NCBI GenBank assembly: GCA_963700285.1
Contig: CAVOXA010000001.1
Coordinates: forward strand, 672,001 to 736,000
Direction of reading: 5' to 3'
Length of the DNA stretch: 64,000 nt
Source of the DNA: an uncultured Chloroflexia bacterium
GTDB taxonomy: Bacteria > Chloroflexota > Anaerolineae > JAAYZQ01
The notes under the pieces are model-generated. The model made no database searches. It was given only the letters and a program-made list of their open reading frames with translations, and was not told where the DNA came from. Position 1 is the stretch's first letter; each line of letters starts with the position of its first letter. This document shows, piece by piece, positions 52,790 through 62,191 of this stretch. A program made the translations under genes and the position numbers.

Positions 52790-55762
52790 ATGAAGGGGGC
52801 TCCTGTGCTGCAGGGCATGCCGCGAAGGGCATTGTTGCTCATAACATTGGGAACAGTAGTCCTGCTGTGCCTCATCACTGGTTGGGGCAGCGTGGGGGCA
52901 GCCCAGGATCTCGCTTCTCATCCGGCAGCGGCCCAGTCCAAATACCTGGTCCCTTGGCAGGACGGAGCATGGCTCCTCTCAGGAACCAACGTAGCCTGGC
53001 AGAACGGCGGCTTTGGCGCTGATTTCGGCACCGTCGAGGAGTGGAACCAGCACACCTACGACCATGACGATACGGGCCAGATGTTCGCGGCCCTGGCGGC
53101 CAGTGGTTCCAATACGGTGCGCTGGTGGGTTTTTGCCGATGGGCGGGGCTGCCCCGAGTTCGATTCAGATACGGGCGGCAACGTGGTTGGGCTTGACGGC
53201 GAGTTCTTGCCCAGCATGGAGGACGCCGTCAGACTGGCCGCGGAGCACAACATCTATCTCATCTTTAACCTGTGGAGCTTTGACATGCTCTACGAGGACA
53301 GCACACCCGATGACAGGGGAGAACATGGGGGCGGGCATCGCGATCTGATTGTGGATGAGATCAAGCTGCAGTCGTTCATCGACAACGCACTGCTCCCCAT
53401 GCTGTACCATCCACTCGCCGGCACAGGGTACACCATCGGTACGCACCCCAACGTGCTGGGTTGGGACATCATCAATGAGCCGGAGTGGGGTATCTCCGAG
53501 TCGGCTTCCGTCAATCCCCATATCACTCAGCCTGTGTCGCTCGAGCAGATGCAGCGCTTCGTGGCTGGGGTCTCGGCTGCTATCCACCAGCACTCGAACC
53601 AGCTCGTGACCCTGGGCAGTGCCAGCCTAAAGTGGAACAGCGATGGCGCCCTGGGGGCGACAGGCAATTGGTGGTCTGACGCGGAACTGACCCCTCACGC
53701 GCCAGAAGGCTATCTTGACTTTTACCAGGTCCACTACTATGGCTGGATGAACGGCAACGAGACCAGTTGGTCCTACTCTCCCCTGTTCAACACGCACGCG
53801 GCCGCAGGGCTTGACAAGCCCACCGTCGTCGGCGAGTTTCCGGCCAGTGGAGTCGATACGGGCTATATTGTGACCGAGATCCTGGACGGCATCTATGCCA
53901 ATGGCTATGCGGGAGCCTGGAACTGGACCTACGAGGGGGTGGATGGCATGGGGTCCTGGGCTGATAGCGAGAGCGCATATACAACCTTTAACGCCGCTCA
54001 CCAGGAGGATGTCGACATCGAACCGGCTGGCTCGTGCCGGCTCACTGCCCTTGCGGACATTGACTCTGGAACTATCTCCCCCACGGGCAACTATCGCTGG
54101 CGCGATGTGGCGGACCAGCTCTACAGTGAGGCGTATAGAACTACCTACGACTACACCCAAGCCACAGTGGAGGTGATTTATAGGCGTGTAGGCAGCATGC
54201 TGCACGGGACGCTGCAAGCGCAGAACCTTAAGCCTAATTTTGGCTACCAATTGAAGCTGGCGGGCAAACCCGGTACCGCCGCCAACGAGCGCATCGGCCT
54301 AGCCGGGCGATGGTGGGAGGAAGAGTGGGACGGGGCGGCTTGGTCGAACGGGCGCAACCTCAACAACAAGGACAACGGTACCTCACCCAACCCCAATGAT
54401 GCTGTCTATTTTGCCAGGCGTGACATATTTGATGCAACCAGCCCGACCGAGCGCCACTACAAGTACACCGGCTACCTCGTCTTTGACTACTTTGTAACCG
54501 ATGGAAATGGCGATGCGAACCTCACGTTCCAGACAGATAGTTCCTATCACGTCCTGTGGAAGACATCACAGCGGGCCTGGACCGTAGATGATGGGCCACT
54601 GGAGACGACGATCTTTGACGCAGATCTCTCAACAGCGTACGATGACACGGGTGGAGACGACTTTTCCAGTCAAACGGTCAGTATTTTTGGGGAGTGGGAG
54701 CGCCTGCCTGTCGGTGGGGTATTCCTGCAGCGGGGCCACTTTGAGGCCGAATTGATCCTTACGGAGGAGTCGTTTCACGGCAGCGGTGGTTCATTCGCGG
54801 GTGGGTGGGCTGGGGCCATGGCGGCTGAGCTTCCATTTAGCACTGTGCCGGGCCGCGACACGGCCCTGGTCACCATCGAGCCTGGCTGGAACCTCGTTTC
54901 GTTTGCCGTCGAGCCCGCGGATCCCAGCCTGGAAGGGGTCCTCTGTACGGTCGGTGGCTGTTATTGCCGTGTTCTGGGCCAAGATGGTATCTATGACTGC
55001 AGTCTCGAGTCGACCTACCACACGCTGGAAGAACTCCACGCTGGGCAGGGCTACTACCTTCGCAGCAACAGGGACCGCGCAGCCGATCTCCTGGTCGAAG
55101 GGACGAGCCTGCCTGCTAATGCCCAAATTCCGCTGCAACTGGGCTGGAACTGGATAGGTTACCTTCCAGACTGGGTCCTACCAATTGAGGTGGCCCTCCA
55201 GAACATCGAGGGCAAGGTTGATCTGGTTCACAGTTTGGACAGAACCTATGACCCTGATGAGCCGCTGTTTAGTACGTTGACTTACATGGAACCGGGACAG
55301 GGTTACCTGATCCACGCAACTGAGTCGGTTGACTTGGTCTACCCTGCCAGCCAGGGCCAGGCTGCCGCCACAGCTACAGGGGAGGGGACCGGTGCCTGTG
55401 ATGCTCAACAGCCCACACCCCATTTTGCCCTGGTCTACGGGAGACTGGCTGGCGGTGAGGGGGGTCCTGCCAAGGTTGGGACAGTAGTCAAGGCCCTGAC
55501 TCCCAGGGGTGAGGTGGCGGGCTGCCTTGAGGTCCAATACCCGGGGGAGTATGGCTACATGCGGATCTATGGCCAGGACCTGGGCGATTCTCAGATCCCT
55601 GGCTTCAGGGATGGGGAGCCGGTGGCCTTCCAGGTTGACGGCTTGCTGGCAACGCCCTCATTGGATCTGACGTGGTCCAACGATCTGATGCCCAGAATGG
55701 TGGACCTGAAGGCATCGAGCGCGAGTGTTCCTGCGTATCTGCCCCTGGTCCGGAAAGAGTGA
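52790..55762 (+). CDS. Secreted clan-A glycoside hydrolase (GH5-like, possibly mannanase) with additional domains (start uncertain)
   Basis: Signal peptide; GTNVAW, NTVRWW, WDIINEP (acid/base), HYY, VGEF (nucleophile); GWN repeats; C-terminal AYLPLVRKE. Confidence 0.82.
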   Translation: MKGAPVLQGMPRRALLLITLGTVVLLCLITGWGSVGAAQDLASHPAAAQSKYLVPWQDGAWLLSGTNVAWQNGGFGADFGTVEEWNQHTYDHDDTGQMFAALAASGSNTVRWWVFADGRGCPEFDSDTGGNVVGLDGEFLPSMEDAVRLAAEHNIYLIFNLWSFDMLYEDSTPDDRGEHGGGHRDLIVDEIKLQSFIDNALLPMLYHPLAGTGYTIGTHPNVLGWDIINEPEWGISESASVNPHITQPVSLEQMQRFVAGVSAAIHQHSNQLVTLGSASLKWNSDGALGATGNWWSDAELTPHAPEGYLDFYQVHYYGWMNGNETSWSYSPLFNTHAAAGLDKPTVVGEFPASGVDTGYIVTEILDGIYANGYAGAWNWTYEGVDGMGSWADSESAYTTFNAAHQEDVDIEPAGSCRLTALADIDSGTISPTGNYRWRDVADQLYSEAYRTTYDYTQATVEVIYRRVGSMLHGTLQAQNLKPNFGYQLKLAGKPGTAANERIGLAGRWWEEEWDGAAWSNGRNLNNKDNGTSPNPNDAVYFARRDIFDATSPTERHYKYTGYLVFDYFVTDGNGDANLTFQTDSSYHVLWKTSQRAWTVDDGPLETTIFDADLSTAYDDTGGDDFSSQTVSIFGEWERLPVGGVFLQRGHFEAELILTEESFHGSGGSFAGGWAGAMAAELPFSTVPGRDTALVTIEPGWNLVSFAVEPADPSLEGVLCTVGGCYCRVLGQDGIYDCSLESTYHTLEELHAGQGYYLRSNRDRAADLLVEGTSLPANAQIPLQLGWNWIGYLPDWVLPIEVALQNIEGKVDLVHSLDRTYDPDEPLFSTLTYMEPGQGYLIHATESVDLVYPASQGQAAATATGEGTGACDAQQPTPHFALVYGRLAGGEGGPAKVGTVVKALTPRGEVAGCLEVQYPGEYGYMRIYGQDLGDSQIPGFRDGEPVAFQVDGLLATPSLDLTWSNDLMPRMVDLKASSASVPAYLPLVRKE

Positions 55763-55764
55763 CG

Positions 55765-56568
55765 ATGAGCATTACCAGACGTCTTGACGAAGCGCGGAAG
55801 GCTTTTGAGAAGAAGGACCTGACTGCCTCGGGAGAGGCCCATTCGCCCGAGGTCATCGCGGGTGCGATGGAGGCGCATGGCGGCACTAGCCATCAATATA
55901 TCGGCGATATGGTGTACGGCGGGCTGGATGGCATTGTCACCACTTTTGCCGTGGTCAGCGGTGTGGCCGGCGCTGGTCTGGGATCGGGTATTATCCTGAT
56001 CTTGGGCCTGGCCAACTTGCTGGCCGACGGTCTGTCTATGGCCGCCGGCGCCTACCTGTCGCTAAAGAGCGAGCGGGAATACTATGACCGCGAGCGGCAG
56101 CGCGAGCTCTGGGAGGTTGCGCATTTTCCCGACGGGGAGCGGGCCGAGATGCTGGCGCTCTACAAGGCCAAGGGCTACAGTGAGGAGGAGGCACAGGCGC
56201 TGGTGACGATTCAGAGCCAGCGCCAGGAGCAGTGGGTGGATGTGATGATGGTCCAGGAATTGGGACTGCTGCCCGATGACCGGAAGCCGGTCATGAGCGC
56301 GGTGGCAACCTTTGGTGCCTTCCTCGTGGCAGGTTCGATCCCACTGTTGACCTATCTTGTGGGCCTGTTTGTGACCATTGTCCCAGATCTAGCCTTTACG
56401 CTCTCGATCGTGCTGTCAGGGCTGGCCCTCTTTGGCCTGGGGGCGGCCAAGGTGGTGGTCACGGAGCGTAGCTGGATCCGCAGCGGGCTGGAGATGCTCG
56501 TCGTTGGCGGCGTAGCAGCGGGGGTGGCCTACCTGGTGGGGTATCTGTTGCAGGGGTTGGTTGGCTAG
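55765..56568 (+). CDS. VIT1/CCC1 family Fe/Mn transporter
   Basis: VYGGLDGIVTTFAVV, ADGLSMAAGAYLS, E-rich loop. Confidence 0.93.
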   Translation: MSITRRLDEARKAFEKKDLTASGEAHSPEVIAGAMEAHGGTSHQYIGDMVYGGLDGIVTTFAVVSGVAGAGLGSGIILILGLANLLADGLSMAAGAYLSLKSEREYYDRERQRELWEVAHFPDGERAEMLALYKAKGYSEEEAQALVTIQSQRQEQWVDVMMVQELGLLPDDRKPVMSAVATFGAFLVAGSIPLLTYLVGLFVTIVPDLAFTLSIVLSGLALFGLGAAKVVVTERSWIRSGLEMLVVGGVAAGVAYLVGYLLQGLVG

Positions 56569-56623
56569 CCTGGGACTCGCTTCGGAGCCACCGAGGACCA
56601 AGGGGTTCAAGGAGATTTGGTCA

Positions 56624-57574
56624 ATGACAGAATACGCAGGATTCAGACTTGCGGCGATCCAGGCCGCCCCCGTCTATTTTGACCGCGAAGCATCTACCGA
56701 AAAGGCATGCCGCTTGATCCTGGAAGCGGGCGCGAAGGGCGCGACGTTGGCCGCCTTTAGCGAATCGTGGCTGCCTGGCTATCCCTTCTTTGTCTGGCGT
56801 TCGACGGCAGAGGCTCTGGGGGCAGAGTATCTGGCCAACGCTGTCAAGATCCCCAGCACGTCCACCGAACGCATCTGTGCTGCCGCCAGGAAAGCCAGCA
56901 TAGACGTGGTCATTGGCGTCGCCGAGCGGGACGCGCATACCCAGGGTACGGTCTACTGCACATTGCTATTCATCGACTGCGAGGGCACGATCCTGGGCCG
57001 CCACCGCAAGCTCAAGCCGACGGACCTGGAGCGAACTGCCTGGGGTGAGGGCGATGGGAGCAGTCTGAATGTGTACAAGCGTCCCTACGCCCGGATCAGC
57101 GGCCTCAATTGCTGGGAGCATAACATGGTCCTGCCCGGTTACACGCTCATGGCCCAAGGTACCCAAGTCCACGTCGCGGCCTGGCCGGGGATGAGTACCT
57201 CGCGTCACTTGTTCTTGTCCAGGGCCTTTGCTTCCCAGGCGGGCGCCTACGTCATCGACGTGGGGGCCATCCTATCACCTGAACATGTCTCGGCATCCTA
57301 CAAGGAGGTGGCTGGCACCTATCTCGGGGAGAGCTGCATCATCGATCCCCGGGGTGAGGTCATCGCCGGTCCAGCGGAAGGCGAGACCATCCTCATGGCC
57401 GACTGTTCCACCGAACAGATCTTTGCCGCCAAGACGAGTTGTGACGCTGCCGGCCACTACTCGCGACCCGATGTCTTCCGGTTGCACGTCAATCGCAGCC
57501 CTCACCGCCACGTGGTCGAAATGCAGGAACCCGAGTATCTGTCCATCGAGTCTGATGCTGAGTGCGATCAGTAG
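56624..57574 (+). CDS. Nitrilase (carbon-nitrogen hydrolase)
   Basis: E (FSESWLPGYP), K (HRKLKPT), C (LNCWEH), GHYSRPD. Confidence 0.93.
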   Translation: MTEYAGFRLAAIQAAPVYFDREASTEKACRLILEAGAKGATLAAFSESWLPGYPFFVWRSTAEALGAEYLANAVKIPSTSTERICAAARKASIDVVIGVAERDAHTQGTVYCTLLFIDCEGTILGRHRKLKPTDLERTAWGEGDGSSLNVYKRPYARISGLNCWEHNMVLPGYTLMAQGTQVHVAAWPGMSTSRHLFLSRAFASQAGAYVIDVGAILSPEHVSASYKEVAGTYLGESCIIDPRGEVIAGPAEGETILMADCSTEQIFAAKTSCDAAGHYSRPDVFRLHVNRSPHRHVVEMQEPEYLSIESDAECDQ

Positions 57575-57681
57575 GCCAGCCGTCAGATGTCTACCGTCTG
57601 CAGGGCACACGCCGGGACAGTGAGACAGTGAGACAGTAAGCGGCTCCTCGGTCCGCGCACGACAGGCCGCGCAAGAGGGAC

Positions 57682-59388
57682 TTAGCGTAGGCGCCGCAGC
57701 GCTGCGGCCAACTGCCACAAGCAGATGGCAATTCCCACGGCGCCAACCATGGGCCAGGTCAGGGGACCGACGACGGTCAGGTCGCGCAGGGTAACGGTCA
57801 GCCAGGTCGCCAGCAGCGTCAGAGCGGTCCAGACGCCAACGCGCACGCGGGCGTTGCGCAGCGCCTCGGTACGGGGACTCTCGTCTTCCAGGATCGACAG
57901 TTCCCCCTCCTCGGCGCGGCGCAGGACGGCGGCCACGGCACGCAGGCTGCGCTGAAGGTCGTAGAACTGGCGGACAAAGCCCTCTGTCCAGAGCCGCTCA
58001 GGGGTCAGCTCGCTCAGGGTCTGGCGGGCCTTGATCTGCTGAAAGATGGGGATGTTGTCGCGCATAAAGTTCAGGTCTTCGGACAACATGGCGGAGGTGT
58101 TGCCATAGACGATGACGCTGCGCATGTAGGTCGCCCAACCGGTGGCGGTACGCATGTGATGTTTGTGGTAGAGTCGCAACTGTTCCTCGATATAGATTCC
58201 CAGGCTGCGACTGGCGAAGGATCGAGTTCCCTCCTGCTTGTAATGGGCTGACAGTATCTTGAAATCGGCCTTAAAGGCCCGCAGGTCGGTTTTTTCCGTG
58301 GGCCGCCCGTAGCGCAGGAGGATAGGCCAAACTGCCTCATAGTCGTCCATCATCTCGTACAGAGCCATGTCGACGATATCGCGCCGGGTCTGCTCATCCA
58401 ACTCGCCGACGATGCCAAAGTCAATATAGCCTAGCCGACCGTCTGCCATCAGGATCAGATTGGCCGGATGGGGGTCCGCCTGGAAGAATCCGTAACTCAG
58501 GGCTTGCATCAACTGGTTGCGCATGATCTGGCGGGCAACGCGGTTGCGATCCACGTGGTGCTGTGCCATCCAGCCGGCGTCTTCCAGGTGACCCAAAACC
58601 TCATTGAGCGTGACGCCTGCGATGAACCCGGTGACCAGGACGCGGTGCGTACACAACTCGTCGCGAACCTGGGGGACGACCATGCCCTCGATATCCATCT
58701 CTCGCAGACGGCGGGCGGCCTCGGCTTCGCGGCAGTAGTCAAATTCGGAGCGGGTGAACTGGATCACCTCGTCGATGATCGCGGCCAATTGCCCTCGCGT
58801 CATGCGCAGCAGCGTATGGAGGCGGGTGTAGCGGACGAGATCGCGGACGATGTCAAAATCCCGCTCAAAGGTGACCTGGGCGCCGGGACGCTGCACTTTG
58901 ACCGCCACCGCCCCACCATCTGTGAGTGTGCCTGTGTGCACCTGGCCGATGGAGGCGCTGGCCAGGGGTTCTGCGTCGAACTCCTGGAAGAAACGGCGCC
59001 AGTCCTCGCCCAACTCCTCGCACAGAACCTGGTCCACCAGGGTGAAGGGCAGGGGCAGGGTGCTGTCGAGCAGGAGGGAGAGTTCATCGCGGTAGGCTGG
59101 CGGCAGCGCTCCGGCGTGTAGGGCCAGCAGTTGGCCGATCTTGACGAATGAGGGCCCGAGGGCCTCGAACAACTCCCGGAGTCGGACGGCGCCGGCTTGG
59201 TCCATCCCGGATTGTTCCTCGTCGGTGGGCTTGCCCGGGAGCCAGCGCGACCACCAGCTCCTCTCGATCAGCTCACCAAATCCGAAGCGGCTGAGGGTCA
59301 GCAGGATCTCGGCAGTGCGGGCCGCGCGGCCCTTGCCGTCGCCCTGGGCCCAAATGCCAGTGTCATTTAGTATGGGCAGTTCTGTCAT
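57682..59388 (-). CDS. ABC1/UbiB family atypical kinase
   Basis: LGPSFVKIGQ, ASASIGQVH, VKVQRP, ADPHPAN, IDFG; C-terminal TM helices. Confidence 0.92.
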   Translation of the reverse strand: MTELPILNDTGIWAQGDGKGRAARTAEILLTLSRFGFGELIERSWWSRWLPGKPTDEEQSGMDQAGAVRLRELFEALGPSFVKIGQLLALHAGALPPAYRDELSLLLDSTLPLPFTLVDQVLCEELGEDWRRFFQEFDAEPLASASIGQVHTGTLTDGGAVAVKVQRPGAQVTFERDFDIVRDLVRYTRLHTLLRMTRGQLAAIIDEVIQFTRSEFDYCREAEAARRLREMDIEGMVVPQVRDELCTHRVLVTGFIAGVTLNEVLGHLEDAGWMAQHHVDRNRVARQIMRNQLMQALSYGFFQADPHPANLILMADGRLGYIDFGIVGELDEQTRRDIVDMALYEMMDDYEAVWPILLRYGRPTEKTDLRAFKADFKILSAHYKQEGTRSFASRSLGIYIEEQLRLYHKHHMRTATGWATYMRSVIVYGNTSAMLSEDLNFMRDNIPIFQQIKARQTLSELTPERLWTEGFVRQFYDLQRSLRAVAAVLRRAEEGELSILEDESPRTEALRNARVRVGVWTALTLLATWLTVTLRDLTVVGPLTWPMVGAVGIAICLWQLAAALRRLR

Positions 59389-59587
59389 TGTATCATTCCT
59401 TGGTGATCCCGTATCGAATGCGCTTGAAGGCCCGATCAAGTGGATCTTGGTTCGATGCCTGTGCCTGCGTCAGGGTGTCGTCCATAGGTCCCGTAGTCAA
59501 GCGTACCCTTAGCCTGGGGGTTTGTCAAGTTCTGAGGCTCTGTCAGGCAGGCGTCAGCTTGGCGTAGTTTACCCCGGCAACTTTTCC

Positions 59588-59616
59588 TTGTCTTTTTCGT
59601 AAAAATGTTGTATAAT
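59588..59616 (+). promoter_or_regulatory. sigma70-type promoter of the YccF-SPFH operon
   Basis: TTGTCT-17bp-TATAAT. Confidence 0.65.
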
Positions 59617-59668
59617 GAGCGCGGTCCGGGGAGTGCAAAGGGGCCGCGCTACGACAGGAGGTGTTGAT

Positions 59669-60097
59669 GTGACGTCCACGAGAACCGTCGTGCGTAACCC
59701 TGGTGTGCCTTTGCTGGCTCGGATCCTCTATTTTGTTCTGTTTGGCTGGTGGGCCACGGGAATCTGGATCAACGCTGCGTGGTTCCTCAACGCGACCATC
59801 ATTGGTTTGCCTCTGGGTGTGTGGATGCTCAACCGGGTGCCCCAGGTGCTGACCCTGCGCCCGGTCAGGCAGGTGGTGGTTGCCCATGGGCGTGGCGACG
59901 GGGTCGAGATCCAGACCCAGGGTTTGCCGCAACGCCTGTGGCCGATCCGGTTGCTCTACTTTGTGTTCATCGGTTGGTGGCTCAGTTGGCTGTGGTCCAA
60001 CGCGGCGTGGGTCATCTCGGTAACGATCATCGGGCTGCCCATCGGTATCTGGATGTTTAACCGCTTGCCAGCACTGACGACGCTGATGCGGACATGA
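59669..60097 (+). CDS. YccF-like (DUF307) membrane protein with two internal repeats
   Basis: Duplicated R.LYFV..GWW...W...AW....TIIGLP.G.WM.NR.P; GTG start after AGGAGG. Confidence 0.85.
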   Translation: MTSTRTVVRNPGVPLLARILYFVLFGWWATGIWINAAWFLNATIIGLPLGVWMLNRVPQVLTLRPVRQVVVAHGRGDGVEIQTQGLPQRLWPIRLLYFVFIGWWLSWLWSNAAWVISVTIIGLPIGIWMFNRLPALTTLMRT

Positions 60098-60119
60098 GGT
60101 GCGTTGCGCATTACCTGTT

Positions 60120-60142
60120 CCTCTGGCTTGGCTCAGGACAGG
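60120..60142. repeat. GCTCAGGACAGG-family element (intergenic)
   Basis: cctctggcttggctcaggacagg, with the same flanks (gttcct...tgcg) as the copy at 34143. Confidence 0.6.
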
Positions 60143-60196
60143 TGCGCAGCAGTTGCGACGAACCCATTCCAAAGGAATCTGGAGGTGTAAAGAAAA

Positions 60197-60850
60197 ATGG
60201 GCATAGGAGACGCGATCCAGTCGATTTTTGGAGGCGATGAAGAGCCGGAGGATGACTACGAGGCTGCTTTCGAGCAGGAGGCGGTCCTGCCGGACACGGC
60301 CGAGACAACGCTCGGGCGGGAGGGGGATGCACGGGATGTTGTCGAGGGATCCCTGGGAGGCATTGAGGGCATTGCCAAGATGATCCCGGGTTACAAAGGC
60401 TACAAAGAAAAGGAGCTGCGACGCGAAGCGGACAAGCTGCTGCGGTTGGATGTGGCAGGCAAGCTGGGTGACCAGCGGAAGCGCCTGTCCGAGCTTCAGG
60501 TGCAGCTGATCAACCAGGCCCAGATCCAGTACGTGGATGACCTGGACCGGGCTGTCGCAAAGCTTCAGCTCCTCATCGACCGCATCACGACGGCGTCCTA
60601 TGGTTACGCGGGCCTGTTCGACGCGGTCAAGGTCAAGGAGGAGCAACTGGACGCCCTCTACGAGTTTGACAACCAGATGCTCGATTTGGTGGGCGAGGTA
60701 GCCGAAGAGGTAGACCACGTATCCTCGGCGATCAGCGCCAAAGAAGGCATCGGCGAGTCGATTGTTGACTTGGTGGGGACGGTGGAGGGGGCGAACCGGA
60801 CCTTTGGCCATCGAGAAGAAGCGATCCTACAGGCGTCGGCCTGGGAGTAG
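60197..60850 (+). CDS. Hypothetical acidic coiled-coil protein
   Basis: 217-aa ORF with SD; IPGYKGYKEKELRREADKLLR. Confidence 0.8.
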   Translation: MGIGDAIQSIFGGDEEPEDDYEAAFEQEAVLPDTAETTLGREGDARDVVEGSLGGIEGIAKMIPGYKGYKEKELRREADKLLRLDVAGKLGDQRKRLSELQVQLINQAQIQYVDDLDRAVAKLQLLIDRITTASYGYAGLFDAVKVKEEQLDALYEFDNQMLDLVGEVAEEVDHVSSAISAKEGIGESIVDLVGTVEGANRTFGHREEAILQASAWE

Positions 60851-60876
60851 CTCGAGTTGAATTATAGGAGGGACAA

Positions 60877-61923
60877 ATGGCACGCATTATTGACGTAATC
60901 GAGGTACCGAACCAACAGCAGGACGAGATCGTCCGGCGATTGCCAGAGTATGGGGCGGGCGATTTTCGATTTGGCTCGCAGGTGATCGTGCGCGAATACC
61001 AGCAGGCGGTCTTTTTCCGGGATGGCAAGGCCTATGACACCTTTGGGGCCGGCCGCCATACCATTACAACGGCCAATGCACCCCTGCTCACCGATCTGAT
61101 CAAGAAGGTGACCGATGGGCGGACTCCGTTCACGGCTGAGGTCTATTTTGCCAGCATGCGCGAGTTCCTTGACCTGAAATGGGGATCGGCAGAACCGATC
61201 CCCCTGCGCGATTCGGACCTGGGGTTGGTGCGGCTGAGGGCTTTTGGCACCTTTTCGATGCAGGTCGAAGATGCGGCGCTCTTTGTGAACAAAATCGTCG
61301 GCGCCCAGGGCCTATACCAGACACCGCAGATCACCCGCTTCCTGCGGGGCATCATCATCGCCAGGATGACTGACCTGTTGGGCGAACTGGGCAAAGGATT
61401 GTTTGATCTGCCGGCATTGTACGACGAGATCGGGGCTGGCGCCAGGGCTAAGGCTCAGGACGACTTTTCCAACGTGGGTATCCAGCTCCGAACCTTGTAC
61501 GTCAACAACATCAGCCCCACCGAAGAGACAGCTAGGGCTATCGACGAGCGGGCCTCGATGGGAGCCATCGGCGACATGCAAAAGTACATGCAGTTCCAGA
61601 TGGCCCGCGGCGTCCGGGACGCGGCCCAGGCCGAAGGCGGCAGCATGGCCAGTGCGGGTGTGGGCCTGGGTGCGGGCGTGGGTATGGGTTCGGCCATGGC
61701 CCAGATGATGGGCCAGATGGCCGGCGCCGGGGGTGTACCGGCAGGGACGGCGGCAGCAGCGATCACGCCTGAGATCATGACTTTGTCGGAGGCGGCGCTA
61801 TATATGCGCGTCGGCGAGGAGGATGTGCTAGAGGTCATCCAGGCTGGCGAACTAAAGGCGAAAAAGATCGGCAGCAGCTATCGCATCAGCAAAACGGCGG
61901 TGGACGAGTTCCTGTCGAGTTAG
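60877..61923 (+). CDS. SPFH (YdjI-like) protein with C-terminal excisionase-like HTH
   Basis: GSQVIVREYQQAVFFRDGK, PFTAEVYF, KWG, RAFG; MTLSEAALYMRV...GELKAKKIGSSYRI. Confidence 0.88.
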   Translation: MARIIDVIEVPNQQQDEIVRRLPEYGAGDFRFGSQVIVREYQQAVFFRDGKAYDTFGAGRHTITTANAPLLTDLIKKVTDGRTPFTAEVYFASMREFLDLKWGSAEPIPLRDSDLGLVRLRAFGTFSMQVEDAALFVNKIVGAQGLYQTPQITRFLRGIIIARMTDLLGELGKGLFDLPALYDEIGAGARAKAQDDFSNVGIQLRTLYVNNISPTEETARAIDERASMGAIGDMQKYMQFQMARGVRDAAQAEGGSMASAGVGLGAGVGMGSAMAQMMGQMAGAGGVPAGTAAAAITPEIMTLSEAALYMRVGEEDVLEVIQAGELKAKKIGSSYRISKTAVDEFLSS

Positions 61924-61996
61924 TCTTTGAGGCTGCCCAGGAGCAGCACTCATTACCTACCGGTGAATCACATTCCAGTGCCTGGTGTTGGCAAAG

Positions 61997-62080
61997 GTCA
62001 TCCTGAGCTTGTGGAAGGGAGACTTTTTGAACCATGCGCAATGGAACTCGCTTGGAACCATCCTGAACTTGTCCAGGGAC
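61997..62080. repeat. Two degenerate CCTGAGC-family elements
   Basis: gtcatcctgagcttgtggaaggg and catcctgaacttgtccagggac. Confidence 0.6.
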
Positions 62081-62191
62081 CATACCAAGCGTGTAGGAGT
62101 AGGTGGGAGTCAGACCTGACGGTGGCTGTCGGGCGCTGTGAGCGTGGTGCCGGCAAGCGGTCAGGTCTGTTGTTTGTTCTGAGCTTTGAGC

